This document shows positions 1 through 12,659 of a stretch of 64,000 bases of DNA, piece by piece (position 1 is the first letter of the stretch; each line of letters starts with the position of its first letter). Both the position numbers and the translations under genes were made by a program. The DNA is from Lama glama (lineage: Eukaryota), in assembly GCA_028534125.1 (NCBI GenBank), contig CM052818.1, positions 15,688,001-15,752,000 of the forward strand, read 5' to 3'. The notes under the pieces were generated by a model. The model ran no database searches. It was given only the letters and a program-made list of their open reading frames with translations, and was not told where the DNA came from.

Positions 1-67
1 GTGTCATTTTGAAGTAGGGTTCCTTCTGGATATATGCCCAGGAGCGGGATTCCTGGGTCATATGGTA
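1..67 (-). mobile_element. Young LINE-1 fragment (ORF2 C-terminal region), 5'-truncation end; continues left of the window
   Basis: Reverse complement matches 12341-12407 of the plus-strand L1 at 63/67 positions. Confidence 0.9.
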
Positions 68-79
68 CCTATTTCATAT

Positions 80-340
80 TCTAAGTCACCCTATGGTCCT
101 GGATGGCTGATGTAGCTCCAGCAAACATCTCTATATTTCAAACCAGCAGCAGAAAGTAGCAGGAGATAGGTAAGAGTCACTTTTCCCAGCTCAGTCAATT
201 TTCCTGGAAGGTTTTCTTATAGTACTTTCCTTTTGTAACTAAGTCACACTTAACTGCAAAAGAAGCTGGTCCCACTGCAGTCTTGAAAAATAAATCAGGA
301 TTCTGGTACCATGAAGAAAGAGGATAATGTATTGTGGGAA
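80..340 (-). mobile_element. Old MaLR LTR fragment (MLT1K/L-like)
   Basis: Degenerate MLT1 motifs (aactgcaaaagaagctgg; ggattctg...gaagaaagaggataatgtattg); recalled consensus. Confidence 0.55.
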
Positions 341-406
341 CTCTGCTTCTCAGTCTCCAACTCAAGGAGCTCCAAGTCCGTTTTGGGAAGATACTAAGTT
401 AATAGA

Positions 407-896
407 TGTATTAATTTCCTTTTGCTACTTTAACAAATTGCCACAAACTTAGTGTCTTAAAACACAAATTTATTATGTTACAGTTTTAGAGAACAGAAGT
501 TCAAAATGGGCCTTACGGGGCTAATATAAAGATGTTAGCAAGGCTATGTAGAGGAGAATCCATTTTATCACCTTTTCAGCTCCTAGAAGCTGCCTGCATT
601 CCTTGACTCATGGTCCCCTCCTTCCATCTTCGCAGCCAGCAAGGTTGCATCTCTCTGATCATTCTGAAGTCACAACTCCCTCTAACTTTGAACTCAGCTG
701 GGAAAGGTTCCTCTTTTAAGGACTCATGTGATTAGGCTGAGTCCACTTGAATGATCAAGGCTAATCTCCCCATCTCAAAGCTCTTAACATAATCACATCT
801 GCTAAGTGCCTTTTGCTGTGTAAGGTAACACACACACAGGTTCCAGGAATTAGGACATGGACATCTTTGAGGAGGGCCATTATTCAGTCTATCACA
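407..896 (-). mobile_element. MaLR solo LTR (MLT1D/C-like), full length
   Basis: TG...CA termini, perfect 5-bp TSD ATAGA (402-406 and 897-901); minus strand starts tgtgatagactgaataatggccctcc as in MLT1D. Confidence 0.9.
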
Positions 897-2534
897 ATAG
901 ACAATTAAAATGTCATAAAATAGTTGTAACAATAAAGTAAGCACAAGCTGATAAACAAAGAAGTAATTTTTTGTTTAAATAAACAAATTAGCTTTATCAG
1001 TGAGCCTGACCTGTAAGGGGGTTAATGCTCCCTATGTAAAACAGAGGCTTCACATAAAGATTAAGAAGAAATTTAAACTTGAGGGAAAGAGAAGGGAAAA
1101 TCAAGTCGCTCTTAAATATCACACCTGCCATTAAATATTAACTTGTACACAATGGAAAAGTATAGATAATTCCTCACTGAAGGAGCGATTTGATAAAACT
1201 GGTAACTTAGAAAGACAAATCCAGTAAAGCGAGTAGGAAAGAGCAGTTAAGAGCCTAAGGAGCAACTATACAAACTTATGTTTAAACGAGACGTTTTCAA
1301 GTAGGCTAACGATGGAGAAAAAATAAGGAAATTTTGAAAAGACCTAGCCATGTAAGAAAAGTGAAGGCAAACAAAAATTGGCTGACATTTTAAATGTGAA
1401 TGAGTGACACAGGAGGATGGCAGGAAGAGTTCACAAGGTAGAGAAAGCAACATGCTATATTGAATAAGTATTTTCTTTAATCCTTGTCTACTAAACTTGA
1501 TATTATAGAACTCTTAGATATATTTTAAAAAGACGAACCCTCCTTTTTTTGCATCTAAATAATGGATAATAGTAAAAAATATCTTGCACTTTTGGTATGT
1601 TAGTTGGGCTTAGCTGGCTCACATGTTGGGTTCCCCTCTGCCAGTTTTTTCAAGGTGAGCATTCCCATTGACCAGAAAAACGTATCAAGGCTCTGTCAGC
1701 AGATGTAGTCCAGGAACATACTGAAACCTCTCCTTGGTACACATGGAAAAGATCCAAGTAAAGCAGGAAATAATCACAAATCTGGCCAATACTTAAGTAG
1801 AATAACTTACTAAGACACCACTTTAAAGTAGTTTATCTAATCGGCTACAGTATATTCTTAAAAATTCAACTTCAGTGAGCATTTGTGTCAGGAATAAACC
1901 ACAGATTATTTGATAAGCCCTTGAGAAAAATGACGTGCATTAAATTGCACTTTGTGAAATCTATAAATTATCTGTTTATATTTTCAGGAAGAATTTTGGC
2001 ACACTCAAATTTCAGTCAATTTCAAGTTAGTATTTCCAGGATCATCCTTAAAACATGCATGCTGGGTTCTGTCAGCCTTTTAAAGTCCCTGTAGGCTTCC
2101 AGAAACAATAGACATATTTAAGGGAACTGCACAAGGAAACTGCAGGAAGGACCAGAAAGGAACCGAGATGTTTGCCCTCCCGAAGGAGGGAGTGCAATGC
2201 TCAGAACAGTAAAAATGGAGCCAGCAAATCACCCAGATTTTGAAAATAGCTGAGCAGGAACTTGAATGGAATTAAGATCCATTTACACAGAGAGAAGCCA
2301 CAAGCCAGAGGAATTTGAGCCATCACCTTCAATGTGAAGTCATTTCTGCCCTAGGCTAATACATTACGAGAAAATTAAATATCTCTACACATATACACAT
2401 AAGTAAGCAATAAATGCCACAATAAGTTGGATTACGTGTTTAAGTAATGGTACATAAGATATTTGGAACGTGCAAGCCAACCTTTTCCTAGCCATCCATG
2501 AAGTAATTTGAGCTTCTTTTGTATTTTAAAATAA

Positions 2535-2750
2535 CAGCTCTAGGGTCAGACATTTCTGCTTCAAATATCAGTTCATCTATTAGAAGCATAAACTTGGGCA
2601 AATTGTGAAACATCTCTAGGTCTCAGTGTCCTTATTTTTAAAATAAATATGGTAAGAATATATTTCTCATGGGGGTTTTGTGAGGATTTAAATAGATAAT
2701 CTATGGAAAAGCACTTACTAGAGGTTGAAAGAGAGTCTTCAACAAATGGT
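2535..2750 (+). mobile_element. MIR SINE
   Basis: MIR core: aacttgggcaaattg...ctctaggtctcagtgtcctta...ttgtgaggatttaaatagataa. Confidence 0.75.
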
Positions 2751-2882
2751 AAAAATTATGACATAAAAATTTAAGATAAAGCTTCCCAAAGAAAGATTAG
2801 CACCACTCCCCCTCCAATAAAGAGAGATACATAGAGATGGAGAGAGATACATAAAAATAGGAAAAAATTCATTTCTATTTTC

Positions 2883-3023
2883 ATACTGATGTATTATTTT
2901 ATTCAGCTCAAATCTACCCGTCTCCAGCCAGCAGCTCTCAGCAGTCTAACAGTTTACTACCAAACTGACAGCTGGGAGACTGCAGATTTGGAGCTCCATG
3001 AAAAATACTTTTGCTGTCAGTAT
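2883..3023. repeat. Imperfect ~140-bp palindrome (possible ancient MITE-like element)
   Basis: Nested inverted blocks ATACTGA/TCAGTAT, AGCTC-AAATCT/AGATTT-g-GAGCT, GTCTCC-AGC/GCT-g-GGAGAC, CAGTTT/AAACTG around a 6-nt loop. Confidence 0.7.
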
Positions 3024-3639
3024 AAATGAATATTTACCAGCCGATGTCTGTTGCAGCCCCTTCACAGGGGCACACAGGGGTAAATATTGGTTTTACCTTC
3101 TAAAACTAGAGGCTGTAATTATAAACCAGGAGTCCACATACCTTCAATGAGTAGATTAATTAATTATAAAGCCTCATTAAAAGTCAAGCTACCCATTAGT
3201 TTAAACAGTGATCATATGAACTCCTCATTTATTAGAGCTGAGAAATTCTGCCAGGACATTTCTTTCTCTCTCTCTCTTTTTTTTTTTAAAGTTACAGTGA
3301 AGTGACTAATTACTAGCTGAGAATGTTATCCTTTTGGCTCTTCCATGTTAGAAAATTGGCCACTGGTCAAGAATAGGAGAGTGCACACTTTATTCTTATG
3401 ATTGGTGTCACGCTTTGGACTCAATATCCGTGCTGGAAACACATGATCCTCTTACAATAAATCACTTTCACTCTTAATGAATCACTAGAAAAATAGGTAC
3501 CTTATGATCAATGAGCTAGTCCAAAAAGTGAAGCCAAGGTCCTTTATCTATGGTCACGTAAAGGAACACTTTTGTTTCAAAGACCTGAAAGCCATGCTAT
3601 AAAAAGATTCAAGAGTCCAGTGAGCTGACAATAGGATTC

Positions 3640-4222
3640 ACTGCATAGAGCAATGGACAGAGCTGGCAGGAAAGTCATAGCATTGTACGATCCAATTACC
3701 TGCCTCTGAGTAGGAAAGTATCAAAGACATGCCCAGTTTGGGGAAAAGTCTAGTGTGATCTTAGAGGGCTTCTCATTCTGTCTGCTCTAGAAGAGTAAAC
3801 TGTGATGTATCATGAAGACAGGTATCTTCAAGAGCCAGGACAAGAATGGGAAGGTGAGAGCTGAAAACAGAGTGGAGGGCTCCCATCTCCTCCCATGGGA
3901 AGAATCTTGGAGGCAAACCATTGAGAGGCTTTTCCTGATTAAGGAATGTGGAGTTATTAAAAAATAAAACAACCCTCCCCACAAACCTACGATTTCTTTT
4001 TTTTTGTCTCACCAACATTCAACCACGTCTTTTTAAAATTTCTGTTCTAATACCTTTTGGTTTGTTGACCATACTTCTCTGTAATCTATAGATCATTCTT
4101 GTTTACGCCAATTGTTCCAGGTAAATATTAACAATTCCACTGAATGATTGGGTAATAAATATTTATTGTTGGTGCCATTAAATTTTGAAATAACTTGTTA
4201 TACAATAACAGGTACATAATCA
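3640..4222 (+). mobile_element. Degenerate MaLR-type LTR remnant
   Basis: 3' end tgccattaaattttgaaataacttgttatacaataacaggtacataatca resembles the MLT1 terminus; 5' boundary uncertain. Confidence 0.4.
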
Positions 4223-4224
4223 GA

Positions 4225-5260
4225 TGTTTATACATTGGTCTATCAACCTGCAACTTTGGTGAGCTGAGTTATTAGTTTTAGCAATTTTGTAGATTTCTTA
4301 CAGTTTTCCACCTATGTGATCATGTCATTTACAAATGTATGTATTTAAAGCTCTGTCTTTAGGTAAAAAACATTGAAGATTGTTATGAACATTTAATTAC
4401 TAGACTTCCTTTTTGTTAAAAATAGTAATTATATCTGGCAATATTTCTTACTCTAGTATAAATTAGTATACAGTAATATACTAATATTAGTGTAGTCATT
4501 GCAATTTTATTTTCATTAGTGTTAGTATAGTATATATTTTCCTATATATTTTTTATTTTTACTTCATACTTGTGCATATATTTAAAGTATATGTCATCTT
4601 AAAAGCACATAGTTAGGTCTTACTTTTTAATCCAGTTTTTACTCTCTCTATATTTAATGGAGTGTTTAGACAACTTACATTTAAGGTGATCACTAATATG
4701 ACTGAGTTGTAAAGTATCATCTTGGTTATTTATGTTCTATTTTTCAGTTATTTTTCTTGTTCCCATTTTTCCCATTTTTCTACATTTCTTTGGATTAAGT
4801 ATTTTTAGATACTATCATATCTTCTTTATTGATTTATTAACTATAATTTTATTAACTTTTTTATTGGTTGCTTTTTGGCTTACAGTAAGTATCTTTAATT
4901 TATCAAGTCTATTTTAAGCAATATTATATACCTTCTGTAGCCTCAGAGTCTATTGCCATTTCCCCCATTCTGGCCTTTGCTCTACTGTCCTCATAAATTA
5001 ACTTATACATATATTATAAAGACCTTTTTTATATTTATTGTTATCTTGTTTTTGTATTTTAAGCCATTATAAGGAGATTTTTTAAAATAAGATAAATTTT
5101 TGCATATTTACCATTTCTGTTACTCTATATTTCTTTGCATAGATACATATTTTCATCATATAATTTTCCCTCTGTATCATGCACTTCTCATTATGGTACT
5201 TCTGGTTATGCTCTGCTGGTGATATATTTTTACACCCTTGTATATTTGAAAAAGAGCTTT
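4225..5260 (-). mobile_element. Ancient LINE-1 (L1M-type), left part
   Basis: T-rich antisense L1 motifs (atggagtgtttagacaacttacatttaaggtgat; aagcacatagttaggtcttactttttaatcca); resumes at ~8030. Confidence 0.7.
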
Positions 5261-5929
5261 ATGATCTAGGTATTGTGCTCCAGGTATTTACTCAACTGAT
5301 ATGAATATTTATACCTATATAAGAACATGCACATGAGTGGTTATAGCAGCTTTATTTATACTCATCAAAAACTGGAAACAACTGAGATGCCCAGAAATAG
5401 GTGAATGGATAAACTGTAATAAATCCATAAAATGGAATACTATTCTGTAATAAAAGTGAGTGAGCTATTGGCCATAAAGACATAAGTAAATCTTAACTGT
5501 ATGTTGCTAGTTGAAAGCAGCCAATATAAAAAGGCTACATAAGGTATGATACCAATTATATGACATTTGGGAGAAGACAGGACTATAGTGATTGTAAACA
5601 GATCAGTGGTTGTTGGGAGTTCATAATGGAGGGTTGAATGGGTGAAGCACAGGGAGTTTTTCTTTAGGATGGTGAAACTATTCTGCATATTACAATGTTG
5701 GGTTCATGGCTCTATACAATTGTTGAAACCCATACAAGTTTATAGCACAAAAGATGCTTAATAAATACGAAGTTTAAGAAAATTATTTAAGAAGTCAGGG
5801 AATCCCATGGTATAATGGAAAATGTGACAAATGAGTCTAACTGTATCACAGATGTATGAAACAATGTCCTTGAAGTGGGTAGGAGGAAAAAGATGTTGGC
5901 CCAAGTAACTTTAAAAATAAGTGGAGTCT

Positions 5930-6193
5930 CACAGACATACAATATAAACTTGTGGTTGCCAAGGGGGCGGGGGGTGGGAAGAGATAGACTGGGATTTCAA
6001 AATTGTAGAATAGATAAACAAGATTATACTGTATAGCACAGGGAAATATATACAAGATCTTATGGTAGCTCACAGAGAAAAAAATGTGACAATGAATATA
6101 TGTATGTTCATGTATAACTGAAAAATTGTGCTCTACACTGGAATTTAACACAACATTGTAAAATGATTATAAATCAATAAAAAAAAAGTTAAA
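5930..6193 (+). mobile_element. Young 5'-truncated LINE-1 (3' UTR only, camelid type)
   Basis: Perfect 17-bp TSD AAAAATAAGTGGAGTCT (5913-5929, 6194-6210) at a TT/AAAA endonuclease site; G-rich tract, AATAAA 6176-6181, A tail; homologous to 12697-12837. Confidence 0.95.
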
Positions 6194-7333
6194 AAAAATA
6201 AGTGGAGTCTGTTAAGATTAAAGGCAAAAAGAACTGAAATAAACACTGTACTATGGTTTATGGAGTTGCTTCCCATGGGTATATGGATTAATAATTATGG
6301 AACCACTATACACAGACATTGAAATTGAATAATTAAGTAAATAGATGGTAGACGGTGGAAGCCAGGTTTCTTGCTATTAGAGTGGGAGGCTACTAATAAG
6401 CCAGGGAAGGAGGCTATAATGTGGTAGTACCTTGGAGTTCAAGGAATCAGTCTAAACTCACATTTACCTTACTACAGATACAGTTGGTTACATATAGAAA
6501 TATTTATAGGTATCCTATATACACAGTATATACACATATATTTCAGTATATATACATATATTTCATTATATACATATATATTTCCATACTGTGTCAGCTG
6601 AGATAGCCTACAAGTAATGATGTCCCAGTTGCAACAAGCTCACGTAGTGCTCAGATCTTAGTTTCTAATTCTATTATCTAGTAAGAGAAATGATGCCTTT
6701 TGTTGAAATGGGTAATTCTAGAACTGGAGCAGGAAATACACAATATGAGCCTAGAGCACCTTTGGACATCAGAAAATAGGGAAATGCTCAAAAACCAAAA
6801 TAAAACAAAAGCTTGCAATGATGAGACTATGTCAAAGTGAGGCAGGTGCCTGCTGAAAAGGCTCCAAGTATTACCAGTATCTCCAAAGCTCAAACAATTT
6901 AATAAGCAAAAAAAGGACTGAATTACAACTCACAGTATAAAATTAATATCCATGATTCTACGCTGATATAAATGACTGACTATAGAAGTATTCTTTCATG
7001 AGTTTGTTTTCATACACAATAATTCCATATAATTCTCCCATACAAAATATTTCAAATAGTTTATGTACATACTCTTCCCTCAAAGAAGTAAAATATAACA
7101 CCCCACTTTTAAAGCATAGTATGAGCATAGAGAATTTCTTTCAAAGAATATAGTAAGGAAGGAGAGGGAAAGGTAACTTAACAGTAAAAAGAAAAAAACA
7201 AAAACTGACAAACACTAGCTCAGTCAAGTGATCAAGGTAAACATCAACAGTTACTAATATATACCCTTCATATGTTATGATGAATATGGCACTTTCTGTC
7301 TGTGATCTTCCTCCCAAGAACATAGAACCTCAG

Positions 7334-7689
7334 TGTCATAGCCTGTTTTGGCTGTTATAAAAAAAAATATACCATAGACTGGGTGGCTTAAAACAACAGA
7401 TATTTATCTCATAGTTCTGGAGACTTGGAAGTCCAAGATCATAGCACTGGCAGATTCAGTGTCTGGTAAGGGCCCAATTCCTGGTTCATAAAAGCCTATT
7501 TTTTTTTAAAGTATGCTCACATGGTGGAATGGGTGAGGGATCTCTCTTAGGTCTCCTTTATAAGGCCATGAAGACTTGCCTTCATGACCTAACCACCTCC
7601 CAAAGGTCTCATCTCCAAAACCATCACAGTAGGGATAAGATTTCAACATATAAATTTGGAGGAGGGAAGCAACTCTTCAATATATTGTA
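7334..7689 (-). mobile_element. MaLR solo LTR (MLT1A-like)
   Basis: taccatagactgggtggcttaaaacaacaga...ggaagtccaagatc; near-perfect 5-bp TSD CTCAG/CTCAT (7329-7333, 7690-7694); host L1 resumes afterwards. Confidence 0.85.
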
Positions 7690-8030
7690 CTCATCTAATC
7701 ATGAAAAAACATTAAACAAATCCTACTTGACCAGTACTCAACACAGTCAGCATCATAAAAAAAAAAAAAAAGGAAAGTCTGACGAATTGTCACAGCCACA
7801 ACAGAAAAGGGACATTAGGTAAAAACTAATGTAAAATTATGTATACAATATATACACAAATATGGATTTTTAGTAATATCAGTATCAGCTTGTTGTGACA
7901 AGTGCATCATAATAATGTAAGATGTTAATAATAAGGGAAACTGGGTGTAGAGTATGGGAACTCTCTATGACATAGTTGTAATATTTATTTAAATCTAAAA
8001 CTATTAAACAATTGAAACATTCATTTTCAA

Positions 8031-8290
8031 GGAAAGATCTTATTTCACCTTTCTTTTTGAAAGATATTTATTTAGATATAGAATTCTAGACTGACCTTTA
8101 TTTTTTCTTCCAGTACTCTAGAGATTTCACTCCATAGTCTTCTCTGAGTTGCATTACTTCTGAGCTGCTGGCTGTCATTTCAATCTTGGTTTTACGTATG
8201 TATTGTTCATGTTTTTCAGGTTGCTTGTTACAGTTTTTAAGCAATTTGATTATGATGTGCCTTGGTATAGTCATGTATTAGACCCTCTGA
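8031..8290 (-). mobile_element. Ancient LINE-1, right part (continuation of 4225-5260)
   Basis: tatttcaccttttctttttgaaagata...tatagaattctag continues the consensus broken at ~5260; degenerate duplication gaaaaagagctttat / ggaaagatcttat. Confidence 0.65.
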
Positions 8291-10064
8291 ATGCAATGGT
8301 AGGTATTCATACTTAAAAGTTAATACACAGAAGATTTCTTAAAACCATCAATTTAAGCCTAGAAAATAGAGATGAAACAAACTGATATGAAAGAAAAAAG
8401 AACCAACTCTATTTTCATCTTTACTAGGGCCAACACTTAAATATTACCATTATTAGATTATAAGAGAAATTAAATTACATATAACCTCCTTATTTTACAA
8501 ATAAGGAAACTTATGATCAAGGTTGACTAAGCAATTTGTTTGAAATCTCACAGCAGTTTAATAGCAGGAAACTGAGCTTATTTTCCTATTGGCTACTTGT
8601 GAGCACTCTACCATCTGCAGGCCAGAATCTGCCACTCCAGCCTGGTTGCTGAATGTGGATGCAGGACCAACAGTGAGTAGCATGCCACAACCTGGATTTG
8701 CCCCATCCAGGATTCCTTCTATGTGATGAGTTTTACACCCACAAGAATATAGGAAGTCAAGGACTTGGCAAGTTCAGGTCTTCTTGATGAAGATACACTG
8801 GCTCTCAGCCTTCTGCTGTTCCCTCTCTAGACTGACCCTGATGTAGTATGAATCTCAGTGGGATTAAGGCTAAATCTTTTGTGTCACCAGGCTCCAGTGT
8901 GACTTCCACTTAACAAACCAGGGTCTTGGTTCTAATTTTTTACCTTGAGTCTTTTTTTGGACACTAGTGACCTTTATCACTTATGCCTCAGGTTCATTTG
9001 TTATGAGGAAGGCTGATGCGTAGTTATGGCCATGAAACTGATCTGTGGGGAAGACTGCTGGGAAGTTTCCCACAAAATTTTATAACCTGCTGTGGGAAAC
9101 AGCTGAAAATTACTGACACTGGGGTGCCACGAGATAAAACCACAGTACTCCTTTCTGCTCATAGTCAAATTTTCATAAAATTATTTCTTTGCTCATAAAG
9201 AACAGCTATTTCTCATAAAAAATAGGCCTTTGAGAAATCTACCTGATATTTATCCAAAGAAATTTATTTAATTAAAAAAATATATCTCCACTCTCCTCTC
9301 TATAGACTACCTTTGAAAAACATCTTACATATACTAGGTATGTCATAATAGTTGGTGAAATGGATAAAAAATAAGCAGACTGAGGAATGGGGAATTCAAA
9401 AATAAACCAGAAGTATGCAGGTGTTCTTGGGTAGTAAATGGCATATAGTAACAAAGACAAAACCATTTTTCATGGGATAATACCCAAAGCAGAAATATCT
9501 GTGCCTTTCCCAGATTCCAGGAAATCGAGTCTAGCAGCATGATGCAGATCAACTGATGCAGTTTGCATGGATAAGAAAGCATCTGCAGCTCTCACTTGAC
9601 CTAATGGTAGAAACTGTACTTGGAGGTTAAATGTTAGAGCCTCTGGCTGAAGACATTTTTAAGCCAAGGATCTTTACAGAGGAAGAAAGTAAAAATGAGG
9701 TCTATGTTAAAAACTCATCGAGGCAATAGTTGATTCACAATCACACACATATAAACGTATACATTTATAAATGCTTCCTATGCTATGTCAGGAAATTGTA
9801 ATTAATCTCAAAGTAATCGTCTTCAAGATATGAATACTTATGCTCCATAAAGCAGGGGATTTTGTTTATTGAGGACAAAGGAATGGTTAAAATGGGGAGG
9901 GAAAATAAAAGTGATGGGGAGGTGTCTTTTTCAGCTATGCAATTCAATAGCTAGATACTCATGTCTGCCCTCTGGATGCTGCCCATTACTAAATTCCTAA
10001 GTGTTGGGCCTGGCACAATTGAAAGCTCTCTCGACAAATACCTATTTGCTTACTCTCTACACAT

Positions 10065-10094
10065 CAACAACAACAACAACAACAACAACAACAA
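10065..10094 (+). repeat. (CAA)10 microsatellite followed by an A/C low-complexity tract
   Basis: Directly visible. Confidence 0.95.
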
Positions 10095-10170
10095 AAAACC
10101 TCAAAAAAAACCCCCAAAAAACTCCTAAAAAACAACCAAATTACTCTGCCCAGGAAAACCTGCAGAGATA

Positions 10171-12659
10171 TTTAAATCAAGAAGAAACTGACCACTTGAA
10201 CAAACCAATCACTAGAAATGAAATCAAATTAGCAATAAAAAACCTCCCTACAAATAAAAGTCCAGGACTGGACGGCTTCACCGGGGAATTCTACCAGACA
10301 TACAAAGAAGAATTCATACCAGTCCTTCTCAAACTCTTCCAGAAGACTGAAAAAGAAGGAATACTCCCAAACTCATTCTATGAAACCACGATCACCCTGA
10401 TACCAAAACCAGGCAAAGACCCTACAAAAAAAAGAGAATTACAGACCAATATCACTGATGAACACAGATGCAAAAATCCTTACCAAAATACTAGCAAATA
10501 GAATCCAATAGCACATAAAAAAGATTATACATCATGATCAAGCGGGGTTCATCCCAGGGACACAAGGATGGTTCAACATACGCAAATCAATGTAATACAT
10601 CACATCAACAAGAGAAAGGACAAACATCACATGATCATCTCAATAGAAGCAGAAAAAGCTTCTGATAAAATTCAACACCCATTTATGATAAAAACTCTCA
10701 CAAAATGGGTATAGAGAGAACATATCTCAACATCATAAAAGCTATATATGACAAACCTACAGCCAGCATAGTACTCAACGGTGAAAAACTCAAAAGCTTC
10801 GCACTAAAATCTGGGACAAGACAAGGCTGCCTAGCATCACCACTCCTATTCAACATAGTCTTGGAAGTCCTAGCCACAGCAGTCAGGCAAGAGAGAGAAA
10901 TAAAAGGGATCCAAATTGGAAAAGAAGAGGTAAAAGTGTCACTATATGCCGACAACATGTTACTATATATAGAAAACCCTAAAAGGTCCACACAAAAACT
11001 ACTAGAACTGATCAAAGAATTCAGCAAGGTAGCAGGTTAGAAGATTAACATTCAAAAATCAGTTGCATTTCTTTACACAAATGATGAATCAACAGGAAAA
11101 GAAAGTAAAGAAACAATCCCCTTTAAAATAGCACCCAAAGTAATAAAATATGTAGGAGTAAATCTAACCAAGGAGGTGAAAGACTTATACACGGAAAACT
11201 ATAAAATGCTGATTAAGGAAATTAAAGAAGACTTAAAAAAATGGAACGATATCCCATGCTCCTGGATTGGAAGAATCAATATGGTTAAAATGGTCACACT
11301 GCCTGAGGTAATCTACAGATTTAATGCAATCCTCATCAAATTACCCAGGACATATTTCACACAACTAGAACAAATAAGAAAATTTATATGGAACCACAAA
11401 AGACCTAGAATTGCCAAAGCATTAATGAAGAAAAAGAAAGAGGCTGGAGGAATAACTCTCCCAGACTTCAGACAATACTACAGAGCTACAGTAAACAAAA
11501 CAGCATAGTATTGGTACCAAAACAGACATATGGACCAATGGAACAGAATACAGAGCCCAGAAATGAACCCACAAACTTTTGGTCAACTCATCTTTGACAA
11601 AGGAGGCAAGAATATACAATGGAATGAAGACAGTCTCTTCAGCAAATGGTGCTGGGAAAACTGGACAGCAGCATGTAAAACAATGAAGCTAGAACCCTCC
11701 CTTACACCATACACAAAAATAAACTCAAAATCGATCAAAGACTTAAACATAAGACAAGATACAATAAACCTCCTAGAAGAAAATATAGGCAAAACATTAC
11801 CTGACATACATCTCAAAAATGTTCTCCTAGGGCAGTCTACCAAAGCAATAGAAATAAAAGCAAGAATAAACAAACGGGACTTAATGAAACTTACAAGCTT
11901 CTGCACAGCAAAGGAAACCAGAAGTAAAACAAAACGACAACCTATGGAATGGGAGAAAATTTTTGCAAATGAGACAGACAAAGGCTTGATGTCCAGAATA
12001 TATAAGCAGCTCATACCACTTAATAAGAGAAAAACAAACAACCCCATCTAAAAATGGGCAGACCTAAACAAGCAATTCTCCAAGGAAGAAATACAAATGA
12101 TCAATAGGCACATGAAAAAAAGCTCAATATCACTAATTATCAGAGAAATGTAAATCAAAACTACGATGAGGCATCACCTCACACCAGTCAGAATGGCCAT
12201 CATTCAAAAGTCCACAAGTGATAAATGCTGGAGAGACTGTGGAGAAAAGGGAACCCTCCTACACTGCCAGTGGAAATGCAGTTTGGTGCAGCTACTGTGG
12301 AAAACAGCATGGAGATTCCTCAAAAGACTAGGAATAGACTTGCCGTATGACCCAGGAATCCCACTCCTGGCCATATATCCAGAAGGAACCCTACTTCAAA
12401 ATGACACCTGCACCCCAGTGTTCATAGCAGCACTATTTACAATAGCCAAGATATGGAAACAGCCTAAATGTCCATCAACAGATGACTGGATAAAGAAGAG
12501 GTGGTATATTTATACAATGGAATAGTATTCAGCCATAAAAATGACAATATAATGCCATTTGCAGCAACATAGGTGTTCCTGGAGAATGCCATTCTAAGTG
12601 AAGTAAGCCAGAAAGAGAAACAAAAATACCATATGAGATCACTGATATGTGGAATCTAA
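10171..12659 (+). pseudogene. Disrupted L1 ORF2p (Z domain, reverse transcriptase, C-terminal cysteine-rich domain)
   Basis: Motifs [26 protein letters not shown] (YADD catalytic motif mutated), [30 protein letters not shown]; several stops and frameshifts split it over ORF-track entries from 10001 to 12525. Confidence 0.95.

Larger units (their letters stand above)
5261..8030 (+). mobile_element. Old LINE-1 3' end (L1MC/MD-like), interrupted by a young L1 and an MLT1A LTR
   Basis: ORF2 C-terminal remnant (tatagcagctttatttatactcatcaaaaactggaaacaac) then long L1MC/MD-type 3' UTR ending aagggaaactgggtgtagagtatgggaactctct...tctaaaactatt. Confidence 0.75.

Noticed and set aside
10001..10501. 166-aa ORF with poly-Thr fused to L1 ORF2 (possible chimeric gene)
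   Set aside because: GTG start; the N-terminus is the stop-free (CAA)n/A-C tract and target duplication read into a frameshifted L1. No promoter or splice evidence.
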